This document shows positions 10,952 to 23,035 of a stretch of DNA of 64,000 nucleotides, in pieces (the first letter of the stretch is position 1; each line of letters begins with the position of its first letter). The notes under the pieces were generated by a model, which had not been told where the DNA came from, searched no databases, and was given only the letters and a program-made list of their open reading frames with translations. The stretch lies in the NCBI GenBank assembly GCA_008632985.1, contig QPGO01000030.1, positions 557,135-621,134 of the forward strand. Reading direction: 5' to 3'. The stretch is from Psammoneis japonica. Its lineage: Eukaryota. A program made the translations under genes and the position numbers.

Positions 10952-11557
10952 TTAGGCGGCTTTTTTACGATTAGCCCAGACCCTTTCCTTGCGCTTGGCG
11001 GCTTGCACCTCTTGACGCATGCGGTGTAGAAGCGGAACATCTTCGTCCGGTCGACGTCGGCGGAGCTTCGTCTGAGTTGCGGGCTTTTCGCCTTTTTCGC
11101 TTGTGCCAAAGCGACGTTCGTTGATGATTTTTTGACGTGCCAATGCTTGTATCTTTCGACGGTCGAAGGGTGATTCACGTTTCTTGTCCTTCGAACGTTT
11201 TTTAGTCTTGCGGACTTTACGGATGGTGCGTTTGTAAGTGGTCATGGCGGTTTTGGGCACTTTCGTTTCACGTGAAGAGTCGTCAAGATCGTCAGAATAG
11301 CTGGCAGTGCTCGATCGCTTCCTCTTTTTTTTGTTCGACCGCTCGGCATGAATCTGGATAGGAATCGTCTTGGATGGCTTGGTCTCAGGGACTTGGAAAG
11401 TCGCGACGCACGTCTTGTCGACGTTCGAAAGTTGAACGGCTTGCTTCAACGCGATGAAGACGGCAAAGGCAAAGAGCGCATGTTCGATGGGGAATGGAAT
11501 AGCGCCGCCGAAGATGGTAGAGAGCGTCATGGTGAAGAGAAGAAGAGAGGTCTGCAT
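10952..11557 (-). CDS. Hypothetical protein, hydrophobic N-terminus and Lys/Arg-rich C-terminus
   Basis: About 200-codon ORF with two hydrophobic segments then a basic tract; no family recognised. Confidence 0.4.
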   Translation of the reverse strand: MQTSLLLFTMTLSTIFGGAIPFPIEHALFAFAVFIALKQAVQLSNVDKTCVATFQVPETKPSKTIPIQIHAERSNKKKRKRSSTASYSDDLDDSSRETKVPKTAMTTYKRTIRKVRKTKKRSKDKKRESPFDRRKIQALARQKIINERRFGTSEKGEKPATQTKLRRRRPDEDVPLLHRMRQEVQAAKRKERVWANRKKAA

Positions 11558-12264
11558 GATGATTGATAGTAGTAAGACGTAAGTCGATGCTTGATCAGTG
11601 GTCAACTTCGGAATTGTGAGAGGTTCAGCGTGATTGCGGTTTCGACGGCTTGCTCGGATGTGATTGCTTCGACATACTAGACTTTACGTAGATTCTACGG
11701 ACGAACGATGTATCGTCAAAGCCATCCCGCCTCCAATCACACGAATCAAAAGCGGGCGGGCAGGTTTTGTACACAAAATATGATAGTAAATTGACCGTAC
11801 CATGTCCTACACTACTTTTTGCGTAAGGCAAAAAAATACTCTTCAAACTTCATAAACACGCATTTTCGTCCATTGCATATTCAACATTGAATAAGAATAT
11901 ATAAAATTGAATAGGGCATGGGAATTGAGCGGAGGAACTTGGAATGTCATGGGAATGAACGACAGCAACAAGAAATGGGCATTTCATTACATAGCAGGCA
12001 TTGTTGCATCAAAATCCTTCCTGTTGACGCATCCCCCCAAACAAAACTCAATGCCGAGCCCGTCCCCAACGTTTCCGATGTCTCGACTGAATCTTCCCCA
12101 TTCACCACCACCACCTCCTTGCACCCAAAGAGACTGCAGTTCATCAAGTTTCCACCTGCTGCCTCGTCCATTGCCATGCTTGGCAATGCTTCCTCCACTT
12201 TATTTTGAGTTTCACATGGACTTGAGCACCCGATCCACACCAGCAGCCGCTCTGATTGAACGTC

Positions 12265-12542
12265 CCACCACCACAGGTGGCTTCTAAAAGATTGTGCTCT
12301 GCTCCACAATGAACCGTAATGCCAGGTTCTTTGAAGCACCGAGTGAATTTTCAAAATTGGAAGTGGCGACATTAAAAGCACCGGAGTGGTGCCTGTTGGT
12401 TTTGCGTTTGCTCTTTGTTCCGTGCGCAACTGATTGCAATGGCGGCTGTAGAATGATTCTCTCCACCCATGTACTCTACCAGCATTTGAAACTAGGGTCC
12501 CATTCCTCTCGCTACAGAGCGATCTCTTGGAACCTGTGCTGA
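12265..12542 (+). repeat. Dispersed repeat copy B (TpA-poor; may extend 5' to ~11920)
   Basis: Homologous to 8455-8732. Confidence 0.85.
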
Positions 12543-12899
12543 GCTTTCAGTGGAGCAGCGAGGGCCCGTGCAACGGTAGCGTCTACGTCTAGAGAGAAGC
12601 GTTGCTCTCGACAAGAAACGTTCTGTCATTCCACTAAGAATATATCGTCACCTCTTCTATGTCACCTCTTCTATTCTCCTGTTAGAGACTACTCATGAGA
12701 CGAAGAATCGCGACCCATTATGCAACGCCATGGCCCTCTAGGCCTTGGAAGTATGAAACGCCTAACACTGTTGTTGATAGGTGTTGTTATGATGAGACAG
12801 TTGACAAGCTTGAAGGGCAGATCAAAAAGGTTAGGTAACTATTTGAATGCTTGGATCGTTTATCGTAGCAACGTAGCAAATTTTTCATGACGCGTTGTG

Positions 12900-14466
12900 T
12901 TAGCCAATCAAGCCACCAAATGTTCGTCTTTCTTTCCCTCTTGTCAGCGCCACACACCCTCGGCAATCACATCGCAATGTTCCTTGAGCTTTCGCTTCCG
13001 AACTCCACGGAATAGTTTGATGAAGACGGAGCTTCCATGCATTGTCCTCCTTTGCCCATTCTGCACTGCCAACAATGTCGCATCGTCAATGCCAGTGTCA
13101 GCAGGAAACTCAACGCAAGTTGAGAATGCTTCATTCTCATTTACAATGACTGCGTCACATCCAGACGTTCTCATTCCGTTCGGGCGAGCTCCTTCCGCCA
13201 GACATGCATTCCAGTCATCAACACGTCCTCCAGACTCAATGACCTACGGATGAAAGAAAACATTCACCAAGTGAGAACTGTCCAAAACAAACAGTACTCA
13301 TATGGCAGTTTACAGAACAAAGCTTTGCTCACCTCCGATACCTGAGAGGACGACAGACTCGACAAGATCTTCCCCATGTCGTCTACTTCACCACCCGTTA
13401 AAGCTCGGTAAAAACTCCTTTGCGCATCCAATACACCAACAACATCGTCATTGGAGGTAGGTAAACCTTTGTCGTCGACGTCAAGGAAGTCCGTTGGACG
13501 CAAATGCTGCCCCATGACCTCCAGCCATTGAGGGACTTCCCCGCTTCCGCTACCAAAAGAACGTCCATTGGAATTCAAACCGAACCAACGAAAATCACCC
13601 CGGTTGGCATTAGCCGAAAGGTCGTCAAAGTAAGACTGCCAAGAACTTAAGTCTCTAGAGGGTTCTGCCAACCACTGGCTTTTTGTGGAGTCTAATTTCC
13701 AGTCAGCAGCGGTTGATCCATCTGTTGGAACAGGCACGACAAATGTGCTCGACTGCAGTAAGCGTCTCCTCAGCACATTCAGTAGGACCATTGCCTTCTG
13801 GAGCTGCGAAGCATTTCCGCACAATGCTAAAATTCTAGGTGGCGTCGACGTCTTCCTGAGTTCTCCCAGTGAGACTGCTTTGGTAAATGGCATATCAGCA
13901 AGAGCGTTCGTCGGAAGACGAACCTCCAGGTATTCGGCATTCAGCTCTTTTTCAAATCGATTCAATTGCTGCGAACGCCTCTGGCATTCACGGAGAAATA
14001 GACCAAGACTTGCTGCGCTAAACAACGCAGAAACAACAATGCCGATTAAACCCATTTCGTCACCACCGAGAGCCTCGTTCAGTGACGGCGCGGCGAGAAA
14101 CACCAATGTCATTATTCCGAAAATGTTGATCCGCAAAGGTTCGCTCTGGTTTAATGAATCATACCGAACTATCGCATCGCCCCGGACCGATTTCAAAGAG
14201 AGTATATCAAAAACTGGTTTCGAAATATCAAACTGGTTCGACGAGAGTTGCAGCTTCACATTTTGTCGGCCAGGCCGTGAGTGACTATTAATTGTTCTTG
14301 TGGGCCAATTAGTAGCATGATGGGAACCTCGCGTTGTTACACTACAAATAGAGTGAGAAGCAAACGCTTCACTCCCGACGAAAAATGATGAGATGCAAAC
14401 TACCGCAAGAAGCACAATGACTGCGCCAAAACTGCCTGGTTGGCGACGAGAGCTGCTTTCATCCAT
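12900..14466 (-). CDS. Plastid-targeted LPA1/DUF3493-like protein with C-terminal SnoaL-like domain; 2 exons
   Basis: Signal peptide + SEA|FAS; 'SEPLRINIFG' followed by two TMs; intron 13332-13244 (GT..AG). A 1-bp frameshift at ~13059 restores 'WAKEDNAWKLRLHQTIPW..CDCRGC..TFGGLIG*'. Family call is tentative. Confidence 0.65.
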
Positions 14467-14903
14467 GGCGTGATTGATCTAGTCTGTGTAAGTGGCGCAG
14501 AAAAACGTCGTCAAATGCGTTCCTTAGTTTCTCAAAGATTCAGTGGATGAATTAAGGTGGCGGTGAGTCAGTATTTCAATATTGTGACAATGAACGTGGT
14601 AAATGGCTGAATGCATGTTGCATGTTTCTTGGCGGGCAAAGGGCAAAAACAAAAATCAATTTTGGAATGAAAAGGTCTGTAGGTTGTACGGAAGGCGCCA
14701 AAGGTGGTAGAAAAATTGCGTAGACATCGTCGTACAGACAGACCGCAACTGCGAATTTCAGATCGATCGAGCGATCCGATCGCAATTCTCACACCACACA
14801 CCACACACCACTCAATCATCAACAACACAAGCAAGAGGCAAGCTTCAAACTACTCCTAGCCATCGGCGTTCTTGTTGTTTGAGAAGATCGAAAAAAATCC
14901 ACA

Positions 14904-15355
14904 ATGTCCGAGAAAGCATACCCTCTTGCTGATGCTGATCTGACGATTGCACTGTTGGATCTCGTGCAACAGGCTACAAACTACAAGCAAGCAAAGAAGG
15001 GTGCAAACGAAGCCACCAAGACTCTCAATCGAGGAATTAGCGAAATGATTGTCATGGCTGCCGATGCTGAACCCATCGAAATTTTATTGCATCTTCCCTT
15101 GCTGTGCGAGGATAAGAACGTCCCATATGTATTTGTTCCCAGGTATGTGCTACTCTTTTGTATGGCATACCTACCATCGTTTCAACTTGAAGCCTAACAC
15201 CATTCGTTCCTGTGTCTCCCAGCAAAATATCTCTTGGTCGTGCTTGTGGAGTTTCTCGACCTGTCATTGCCTGTTCGATTACGACGAATGAAGCGTCGCA
15301 GCTTAAAACGTCGATTGAGGGCATGAAGTTAAAGATTGAACAGCTCTTGATTTAG
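14904..15355 (+). CDS. SNU13: U4/box C/D snoRNP 15.5K protein (Snu13/NHP2L1); exons 14904-15142, 15223-15355
   Basis: [59 protein letters not shown]. Confidence 0.97.
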
Positions 15356-15739
15356 ATAGCGTTCGTCGTTGGATGGAGGAAGGGGGATACGTGAGAATGA
15401 GCAGGGGCGTTGCTTTTTCGGGGATGATGACTGATTCTTTATTATTTGCTTTCGTGGAACTCGATATTTCAATTTAGAGTTTTTCGGAAGGGTTGATGAA
15501 TCTCAGTGATCTACTCTGATGTATGAGGAGTTTGGATGGTCAGAGTTGTGAGGGAGGAGACGTTGCTATAGAGTAGCCGAAACGCTATTCTTATAAACTA
15601 GGTTTACTGTGGAACCACTGTTATTTTCTTCTTTAAGTCTCTGCGTCGACTAGTTGAATTCGTGTTCAGACGTGACGAGCATGAAATTGAAGAAGAATCC
15701 CATTCAACTACTCCCCTTATAATAATGACGAATAATGAT

Positions 15740-16542
15740 CTAAAGCAAATCATCGTCGCTATCTTCCTCGTCAAGAAGAAAGTCCTGATGATTTTCACAA
15801 GCGTCGAGATCGGCCTCAATGGCTTGATCGCCAGTGAGAATACCAACAGAGCTGACGGGTGTGTCATCACGGACTTGGATGGCGACGAAGAGCTCGTGGA
15901 TGGAGTGCATGGATTGAAATCGACAGGAAGCCCCTTTGTGGTCGCCTCTGCAATCTGACGTCCTTGAACCGTCAAGGTCTCGTCGGGCGGTGTGTCCTCG
16001 CTTTCCATCGACTCCTCCGCAAAGGAATCCACCAAATCTTTGGGGTCGTACTGGTGGAGCGCTTTCCTCCTGAAACGTAAAAGAACAACAAGAACAACGC
16101 GGTAAGTGATCCCGTGTTCTCCTATGTTCTTGGTATAGTTCATAATCAAAGTCTCGTGTTCTTACCAGGCGCGAACAAGCCCCTGCCAGCGTTTCGTGGG
16201 AATGTTGAGAGTGTGATCTGGTGTGGTTGGATGTTTCATAGATCGCGGACGACGCTTATGCTTGGGTACCTTTTTGATGTACTCATCATATCCTACCGTG
16301 TTCTTGCCAAAAGCCACCATTCGTCGCCGTTGTTGAATGCGGCGGGCCTGCACGGGGTCGCTTTGATCGAGCTTGTCAAAGTCGCTGTCTGCTGGCTGTT
16401 CGAGCTTGGCACGTTTGTAGTTGTTGTTATTCATCTGTTTCTTCCTCTGTCCATGATGATAATTACGGACATCGTCGCTTGCTGGAGAGACAGAAGAGCT
16501 GCCGTTGCTTTGGCGACTGGAGTGGCTGCTGCTGCGCTTCAT
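15740..16542 (-). CDS. SLBP: Histone mRNA stem-loop binding protein; intron 16165-16070
   Basis: RRIQQRRRMVAFGKNTVGYDEY..HPTTPD..KRWQGLVRAW|RKALHQYDP. The acidic C-terminus (..LLDEEDSDDDLL*) is reached through an apparent 1-bp frameshift at ~15870. Confidence 0.88.
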
Positions 16543-16863
16543 GGTGAAAGTATTCGCAATGCTATGCCAGCATTACCGGTGCAAAAGAAGAAAGAGTGAG
16601 CGTCGTCGCGGCGGAGCTTCCCACCACGAGAAATGGCGCGCCAACACGAAATGTCGTAGAAATCTACGTTGAAGAGTACTGTGGTATTTTGCTTCGTGGA
16701 TTTCTACGCATGACGTTTCATGGGCTTCCCACGAAAAAATGTATGAAGAAAAGACGTGGCTTCTACACTGGTACAAAAACACGTTAGATCTACGCACGCG
16801 TTGTGTGTGCGTGCTACGCTTGTGCGATCTTCGCAATCTTCAGCCGCCGCTGTTGCTCTTCTC

Positions 16864-19800
16864 ATGTCCATCGGCACAATGACAATGTCGAGGCGGTGGC
16901 AAGCACTGCTTCTGTTGCTCCCGTGGTTTGTGGGAGCCGTTAATGCCGATAATTGTGAATTGCTGAAAACTGCCTTGACTTACAGACAGGAGAAGGCACC
17001 GCGCGATTTTTCGGGATTGGTGAGTGGTGGTGGTCCCTCTACCTGTAGTACCGTATGTGCATAGCCAGAGACTGCTTTTACTTACACCTATGCGTTTTCC
17101 TCCTCTCCGCTTGACGTGCTTAGCTTCTCGTTGTAGTCGAACGGGTTAATCGGGTATTGGATGGAGTCGTGGACGTGGAAGTGGAATGGGACGGAGGCGA
17201 TCTTCAGGGACGAGTCGGAGAGCACATTGTCCAGTGTAAGGTGACTCGTCTTGCTTCTGCCGTGCATCCTGATTCGTTAAACGCACAAGAGACATTGACG
17301 GACGAAGAAGGTCGATCTGTAGTGATTCAGTGCTTCCACGTTCCCTTTACTATTCTTGACACGAACGAATGTACACTTCCGGCTGGGCATCCAATGTATC
17401 ATCAATGTCATGAACCTGCCCTCTGCGTCAATACCGTTGGATCGTATGAATGCATTTGTCCTCTACTCAATGGAAGTACACTCACGAAAGATACAGCCGA
17501 TGATGCCTTTTGGAAATCTGTCGAGGCAAAAGAAAGGACACCATGGGAACTATCGTATGGTTCGGTCACGGAGTCTTCGTGCCCCTCCAAAGCTACGACA
17601 CACGGCTGCTGTTCTCCGCGTGCTCACGAGTCGGAGGGAGCCGCCTGCAGGGCTGCCTTTCGCTGTGCCGTGGATCCTTGTCGCTCCAGTAAGAATAATG
17701 ATTGTGCCTCCAATGCTCGTTGCCATAGCAAGGACTCTCCTCAGGAACGTCCCAATTATGAATGCAAGTGTCCGCAGGGACTCATGGGCAACGGACGCAA
17801 GTGTCGGGCGGGGATTGATCCAAAACCTGAACCGAAGCTCATGTTTGATGGAGTGACGCCCACGGAGAAACGGTAAAGAACAACTTCTACTGTGGCTGCC
17901 ACAAACCGGTGATTGACGCCTGCAGCGGCTTTCCTCCGTGTAAAGGTGAGACACCTGTTTGACACCTCAACTTGTAGTTTTCTTATTGTACTTATTCTCG
18001 GTTCTATGTGACGGAAACAACAGGAAAGCACGAAGTTTGCACCGTCACGGGAAGTAACACTCCTATTTGTGCATGCAAACCGGGATATGTCAACGTGGAG
18101 GGATACGGCTGCGTCGATGAGTCGCCCCCTGTCTTGCGTCTCAAAAACGATCCCAATGGTGATTCCACGACTCGCTTGAAGCAAGGGGATGTATACAAGG
18201 AACACGCTGTCGAAATCGTCGATGTGAATGCAGAAGACTATCAGCGATCATTAAAGATCACATATAGCCAGCCGCTCCCTCCGGGATGTCTCACAAAGAT
18301 TGGTGAATTTCATGTTAATTACACAGTGGCAACGCCTTGGACTTCCACAAAACTTGTTCGAGTCACCAGGCGGGTCGTAATTGAGGACATTGATGAATGC
18401 TCTCTGGATGTGTCTAAATACGAAAGCTCCTGCCCCGAGCTTGTGCCACAGTGTGACGTTGAAGCGGGGGCAACATGTGTCAACACGAAAGGGAGCTACT
18501 ACTGCAAGTGTCCCAAGTTTACAACTGGAGATGGCTTTAGGACACTAAACACTGATGAGTTTGTGCCACAGGGATATAATGGAGGTACCGGATGCCGGGA
18601 TACCAGCAAGCCTGTAATTGAACTGTACGGACCGAATCCCAAGATTTTTAAGGCAGGAAAGTTTGCCGGTCTGGTTGGGATCATGGGCAGGCCCAAGGGT
18701 TCCGGAGAAAATAGTGAATTGCTCTTGGAACAGCGAAAAAGATATGAAAGTGACATTCAGGTAAGTTTGGTTTTGGCGTTTGCGTATTTGAGATTCTAAT
18801 GTGACGTGAGCTCATATTTCCGTTGTGAACGTTTATTGCTACCGGTCCTTCGATAGGAACTGGTCCAGTTCACATCTGGAGCAGAGCTTTGTGCGACGCA
18901 CCGCAACGCGAATCCGTCTCCCAATGACTGCGTTAAAGCAACTGATCACACCTATCGTGGTCCTGTGGACTTAACACCCCGAGTGAAAATTGGCGATCCC
19001 GTGAAAAAGTCGAGTCTCCGTTGGAGCATCCCATACAACGTTGTCGACGACGCGGGAAACGAAGCTGCCACCGTATGGAGAGACATTGTAGTGGAAGAAA
19101 TGGATCTTTACGACTTAGAGAGTAGGATTCGAATGGAGGTATTGCAGGAGCATGAAGAACACACCCGACAAGCGGTAGCGAAAGCTGTGGAAAAGGAACG
19201 GAAAAAGGCAGAACAGCTTCTTGCGTCAAATGCAAGGAACAAAAACAGGCGTACCATTCCTGAGCAACCGATTCAGGAATGCCCTGCATGTCCGGAATGC
19301 GTCTGTCCAGACGGCACTCCGCTAGATGAATCTCACTGCCGGCCTTTCTGCAAAAACGAGGCGACAAGCAGTGTAGGAAGTTGTCCTTCGCGTGATAACT
19401 CTCTGCTTCTGCGGTTTCTGCTTCCTATTTCGGACTGGATTGAGGCTGTTTTGCCAGAAATGTTTGTTCGTGTTCTGTATATAGCCGCTGGCTTTGTTCT
19501 TGCAGTTTATGCCTTGAGATGGATTTCGACACTCATATTCAATCGTGATCGCCACCGCACCGAGTACTACAACTCCTCGATTGGTATGGAAAGGCATGAG
19601 ATACAAGACACTATGACTTATCATCGAACACCTGGGGGTCCTGGTGGTACACCTCCAGGAATGGATCCCCGTGGCACGCCTGGATCTGCACCTCCAACAG
19701 GATCCTTTGCAGGCAGAGCCGCCGCTAATGGTAACGGGTTGTTCTCCCCACAAGAAAACAGACTGTACGGGCAAGACAGGAATCCCATGTCACCATTTTT

Positions 19801-19930
19801 GTCTCCGCCAGGCTCGGCGCGATCAGCAGCGCAAGCTACTCCCGGGACAGGAAATCGAAGCGTACGATTTGACGACTCCATTTATCAGACATCTGTTATC
19901 ACGCCAAATCGCAAGGGCGGCCAGTTTTAA
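16864..19930 (+). CDS. Type I membrane protein with Ca-binding EGF domains and Ig-like (DUF5011-type) repeats; about 4 exons
   Basis: Signal peptide; DTNEC..CVNTVGSYEC; DIDEC..CVNTKGSYYCKC; PPVLRL/KPVIELYG and YNVVDDAGNEA Ig-like motifs; TM; Pro/Gly-rich tail. Introns ~17020-17123, 17946-18022, 18761-18856; 1-bp frameshift ~17868. Confidence 0.85.
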
Positions 19931-20515
19931 GTGTACTCTTTAGGGAAGGCTGGACACTGCCAATGGGTGGCTTGTCCTTTTTGTAACTGCTAAGTGAACG
20001 TGTGGTATTTGATTCACAAATCATTGAGGCGAGTTGTTCCCATTTCTGTTCTTTGTCTGCTATTCGCTCGCCCTCTTCGACTGCAGCATCGTCAATGAGA
20101 TACAGCGTTGGTTGAAAGTGAAGGTGCGGTTGAGTTGCATTTTCCATCTGACCATGCAATCTTGGACGAAATAGGGATTCTCCGCCGGTCTGTGTTGCCT
20201 AGTTGAGATACTGCGTTGTCTCGCTTGACCTAGCCTGAAACGATTGAGAACTTGGGGAATTGATCCATGCAGAAACAGTAAAAAGGGCGACAAACAATTA
20301 TGTCTTTCGAACTACCAATCCCGCACAGCGTCCTTCGCCTCTTATGATAAAAGTGAATCACAACGCTACGGTTCCATTCTTTAACGTTATATCAAACTAG
20401 TACCGTAGAAGGCATTGCGTACTCACAGAAACGTTGAAAGACGCGAGCCAAGAATAAGGTTTCAGGCAAGATTCGATCGCCGTGAGCCGTAGTATCAGTT
20501 TTGAGCATCGGAGCA

Positions 20516-21610
20516 TCAGGCGTCGGTAGCCTTATTCCTCTGAGCTAGAAGAACAAGATCTTTCTTGTCAAGCGCTCCGGAACCATCAGCGTCTAGAGAG
20601 TCAAAAAGAGCATTCAACTCATCGAGCGATTGTTGTTCCACTTTCTGCATCGCCACAAGCATAAAGGAGAGAAACTCCCCCCGAGTTACGACATTATCGA
20701 GGTTTCGATCCATAGCGTTCAAATCGCTAAGAGTGAATTCTCGAGACATGAATTCTTGTTCGTACTTCCTGGCTGTACGACCAATGAAAATACTTGCAAT
20801 TCGCCCAAGCAATTCCCCAAATACGGCCACCATCACTGGGAGGAAGAAGATACAAAAGAGTCGCATGTTCTGAGTCTGAGGATGGAGGTCGCCAAATCCT
20901 ACCGTCGAGAGTGAAATGGTTCCGTAATATAGAGAGTCAATGAAAGTCCATTCTTGATTCTTGCCGATAGTCACAGCAATGAGAATGATAATAATGAACA
21001 CGGGAGTTTCCAACACAATCACTTCTCGTATCTGAGCCCAAGCAGTCCGTTCCTTCGGTTCGCGTCCTCCAGAAGATTGTTCTTCTTGCTCCTCCCCTTC
21101 CTCTTTGGAAAACATAAATAGAACGCGAGCCTCAGAATCTTGTTTCACAGCTTCAATATAAGATGTTTCAGCCTCCACAAGATAGCTTCCAATGATACCG
21201 AGAAAGCACCCAAGAATGGCGACGCCAAACAAGGTAAAAAAGACAGTAAAGAGACGTCCTGTCTGGGTGGCTGGCGCGAAGTCACCGTATCCAACGGTTG
21301 TGAAAGTTACAACGCTGAAGTAGGCTGAAGTTGTAACACTCCACTGCTCGAAGACGTAGCTGAACGCAACGACGCCAATTGCCATGTAGCAGACTACTAG
21401 AAAAAGGCAAAGTTTGAGAGCATAGGAAGACTGGTCGAAAGAGCGGAATTCAGATGATAGAGAGGCTCGGCTATTATTGGCGTTGGGCCCACCCAAAGCG
21501 TCGCGTCCTCGTGCGTCAATTAGCGGAGTCGACTCTTCGGATGACTCTCGGCGACGACAGGCACTGAACAAAGAACCAAGTGCGCTTATAAAGCTTCTGA
21601 TGAGATACAT
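20516..21610 (-). CDS. Two-pore (TPK/KCO-like) K+ channel with C-terminal EF-hands
   Basis: Two pore loops TTVGYGD and STVGFGD, four TMs, EF-hands DRNLDNVVTRGEF and DADGSGALDKKDL. Confidence 0.92.
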   Translation of the reverse strand: MYLIRSFISALGSLFSACRRRESSEESTPLIDARGRDALGGPNANNSRASLSSEFRSFDQSSYALKLCLFLVVCYMAIGVVAFSYVFEQWSVTTSAYFSVVTFTTVGYGDFAPATQTGRLFTVFFTLFGVAILGCFLGIIGSYLVEAETSYIEAVKQDSEARVLFMFSKEEGEEQEEQSSGGREPKERTAWAQIREVIVLETPVFIIIILIAVTIGKNQEWTFIDSLYYGTISLSTVGFGDLHPQTQNMRLFCIFFLPVMVAVFGELLGRIASIFIGRTARKYEQEFMSREFTLSDLNAMDRNLDNVVTRGEFLSFMLVAMQKVEQQSLDELNALFDSLDADGSGALDKKDLVLLAQRNKATDA

Positions 21611-22139
21611 CTTTTGGTTGCATGCAGACCTCCCAGTTGGGAGTTGGGGGTGGTTGATGTGGCAAATGTCGAAAGCGGAAATAAATCTTCCGGTGTCGGT
21701 GTCAAGCGGACCGCTGACAGAGTTCAAACATTCAAACATACATGGAAGGAGTAAGAACATTCCCTGCGAGAAATCGTCAAAAAATCAAAAAAAATCGCAC
21801 GCGCACGATTGAATTCGCCGTTTGACTCCACGCACAGTGCAGTACTGAGACTGTAGAGTGACCAGGAATGTTAAAAAACAGACCTGTTTTAACGGGATTG
21901 ATTCACTCGATTACAAGACCCATAATTTCATTAATGAATATAAAATATAAAGCCTCTCACGTGACTACAGCAACACGAAGTGGGCGGTCCTTCGAAAATT
22001 TTCTTTGTCGAAGAGGCATTTCCCCCTCTACCTGCAGTAAAGGCACCGTATTATGTTTAATTTCCGTTGACTGTGATTCTTTCATAACTGTTATTTTAAA
22101 TATTTTTTAAGGGTGGTCGGTTGCTACTTTTTTTAGCTC

Positions 22140-23020
22140 GAATTCGGCCGAACAGCTCGTGTTTTGCATGATTTTTCCTGAATTTCACCGTGCTTCACCG
22201 TGGTGAAAACAACAAGCCATAAGTCTGTGACGGAGGTGGTCCGTCTGCCAACTCTCATTTATTTTATGTTTGTTGTGTGTCAAAGATTGTGTGTGCATGA
22301 AAAGTTGGCAGACGGCAAACTGCGTTTTTGAGAAACATCGATGATTGTCATCATCGTCGTGCTTCGATCGCGGTGCTGATGGTTCTCGTTTTCATGCATG
22401 ATCGGGTGTGACTGTGAACAATTCTTGCATTCAAAAATAAACACCACAAAAAACCTCATTCAAATGCAACGGCAATTTTGGGACAAACGCGGGGATGACC
22501 CCCCTTGAAGATGTCCAAACCAAAATTCTAAAAACAGAATGAACGAGTTCATTGCTTGCATTGCCGACATGCATCGTTGCACATGTGTTTCAAAGTTGCA
22601 CGCAAGAAGCAAGAAACTGCAGCAGCACAATGATGCATGCCACCGGTGTCCCACTTTATGACGTGATGTCTCAATGATGCTTGCACCGATTTCTCCGTTT
22701 CTTTTTTCGATGTTGGGAGCAATTGCACAATGCACCCTGCTGGGTTGGTCTCGTTGTGTGTTGTCGAGAATTGTGGATTTCTGTTTTGTCCAAAAATCAC
22801 TCTCAGAACTGGCAAGTTAGACAGGTGCATTGACAACAGAATGAACGATCAAAGCATTTTTGACAACACTGAACACTTTTGACCAAACTGGCACAATGTG
22901 GCACCTTCAGTTGGGAGGTCAGTGGTTCAGCGGCGCCAACACATGACACATCATCTTCACCGAGATGATTGGGCGTGGGCAAATGCGTCTCAATCGTGTC
23001 TTCTCAGTCGGGCTCGCGAC
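22140..23020. repeat. TpA-depleted degenerate repeat/TE relic
   Basis: Only ~7 TpA seen, all in TAA/TTA; rich in TG/CA; no intact ORF. Confidence 0.55.
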
Positions 23021-23035
23021 CTCTAGCTGCTAGAG

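Noticed and set aside
12647..12674. 14-bp tandem duplication GTCACCTCTTCTAT x2
   Set aside because: Could be a footprint or replication slippage; nothing else links it to an element.
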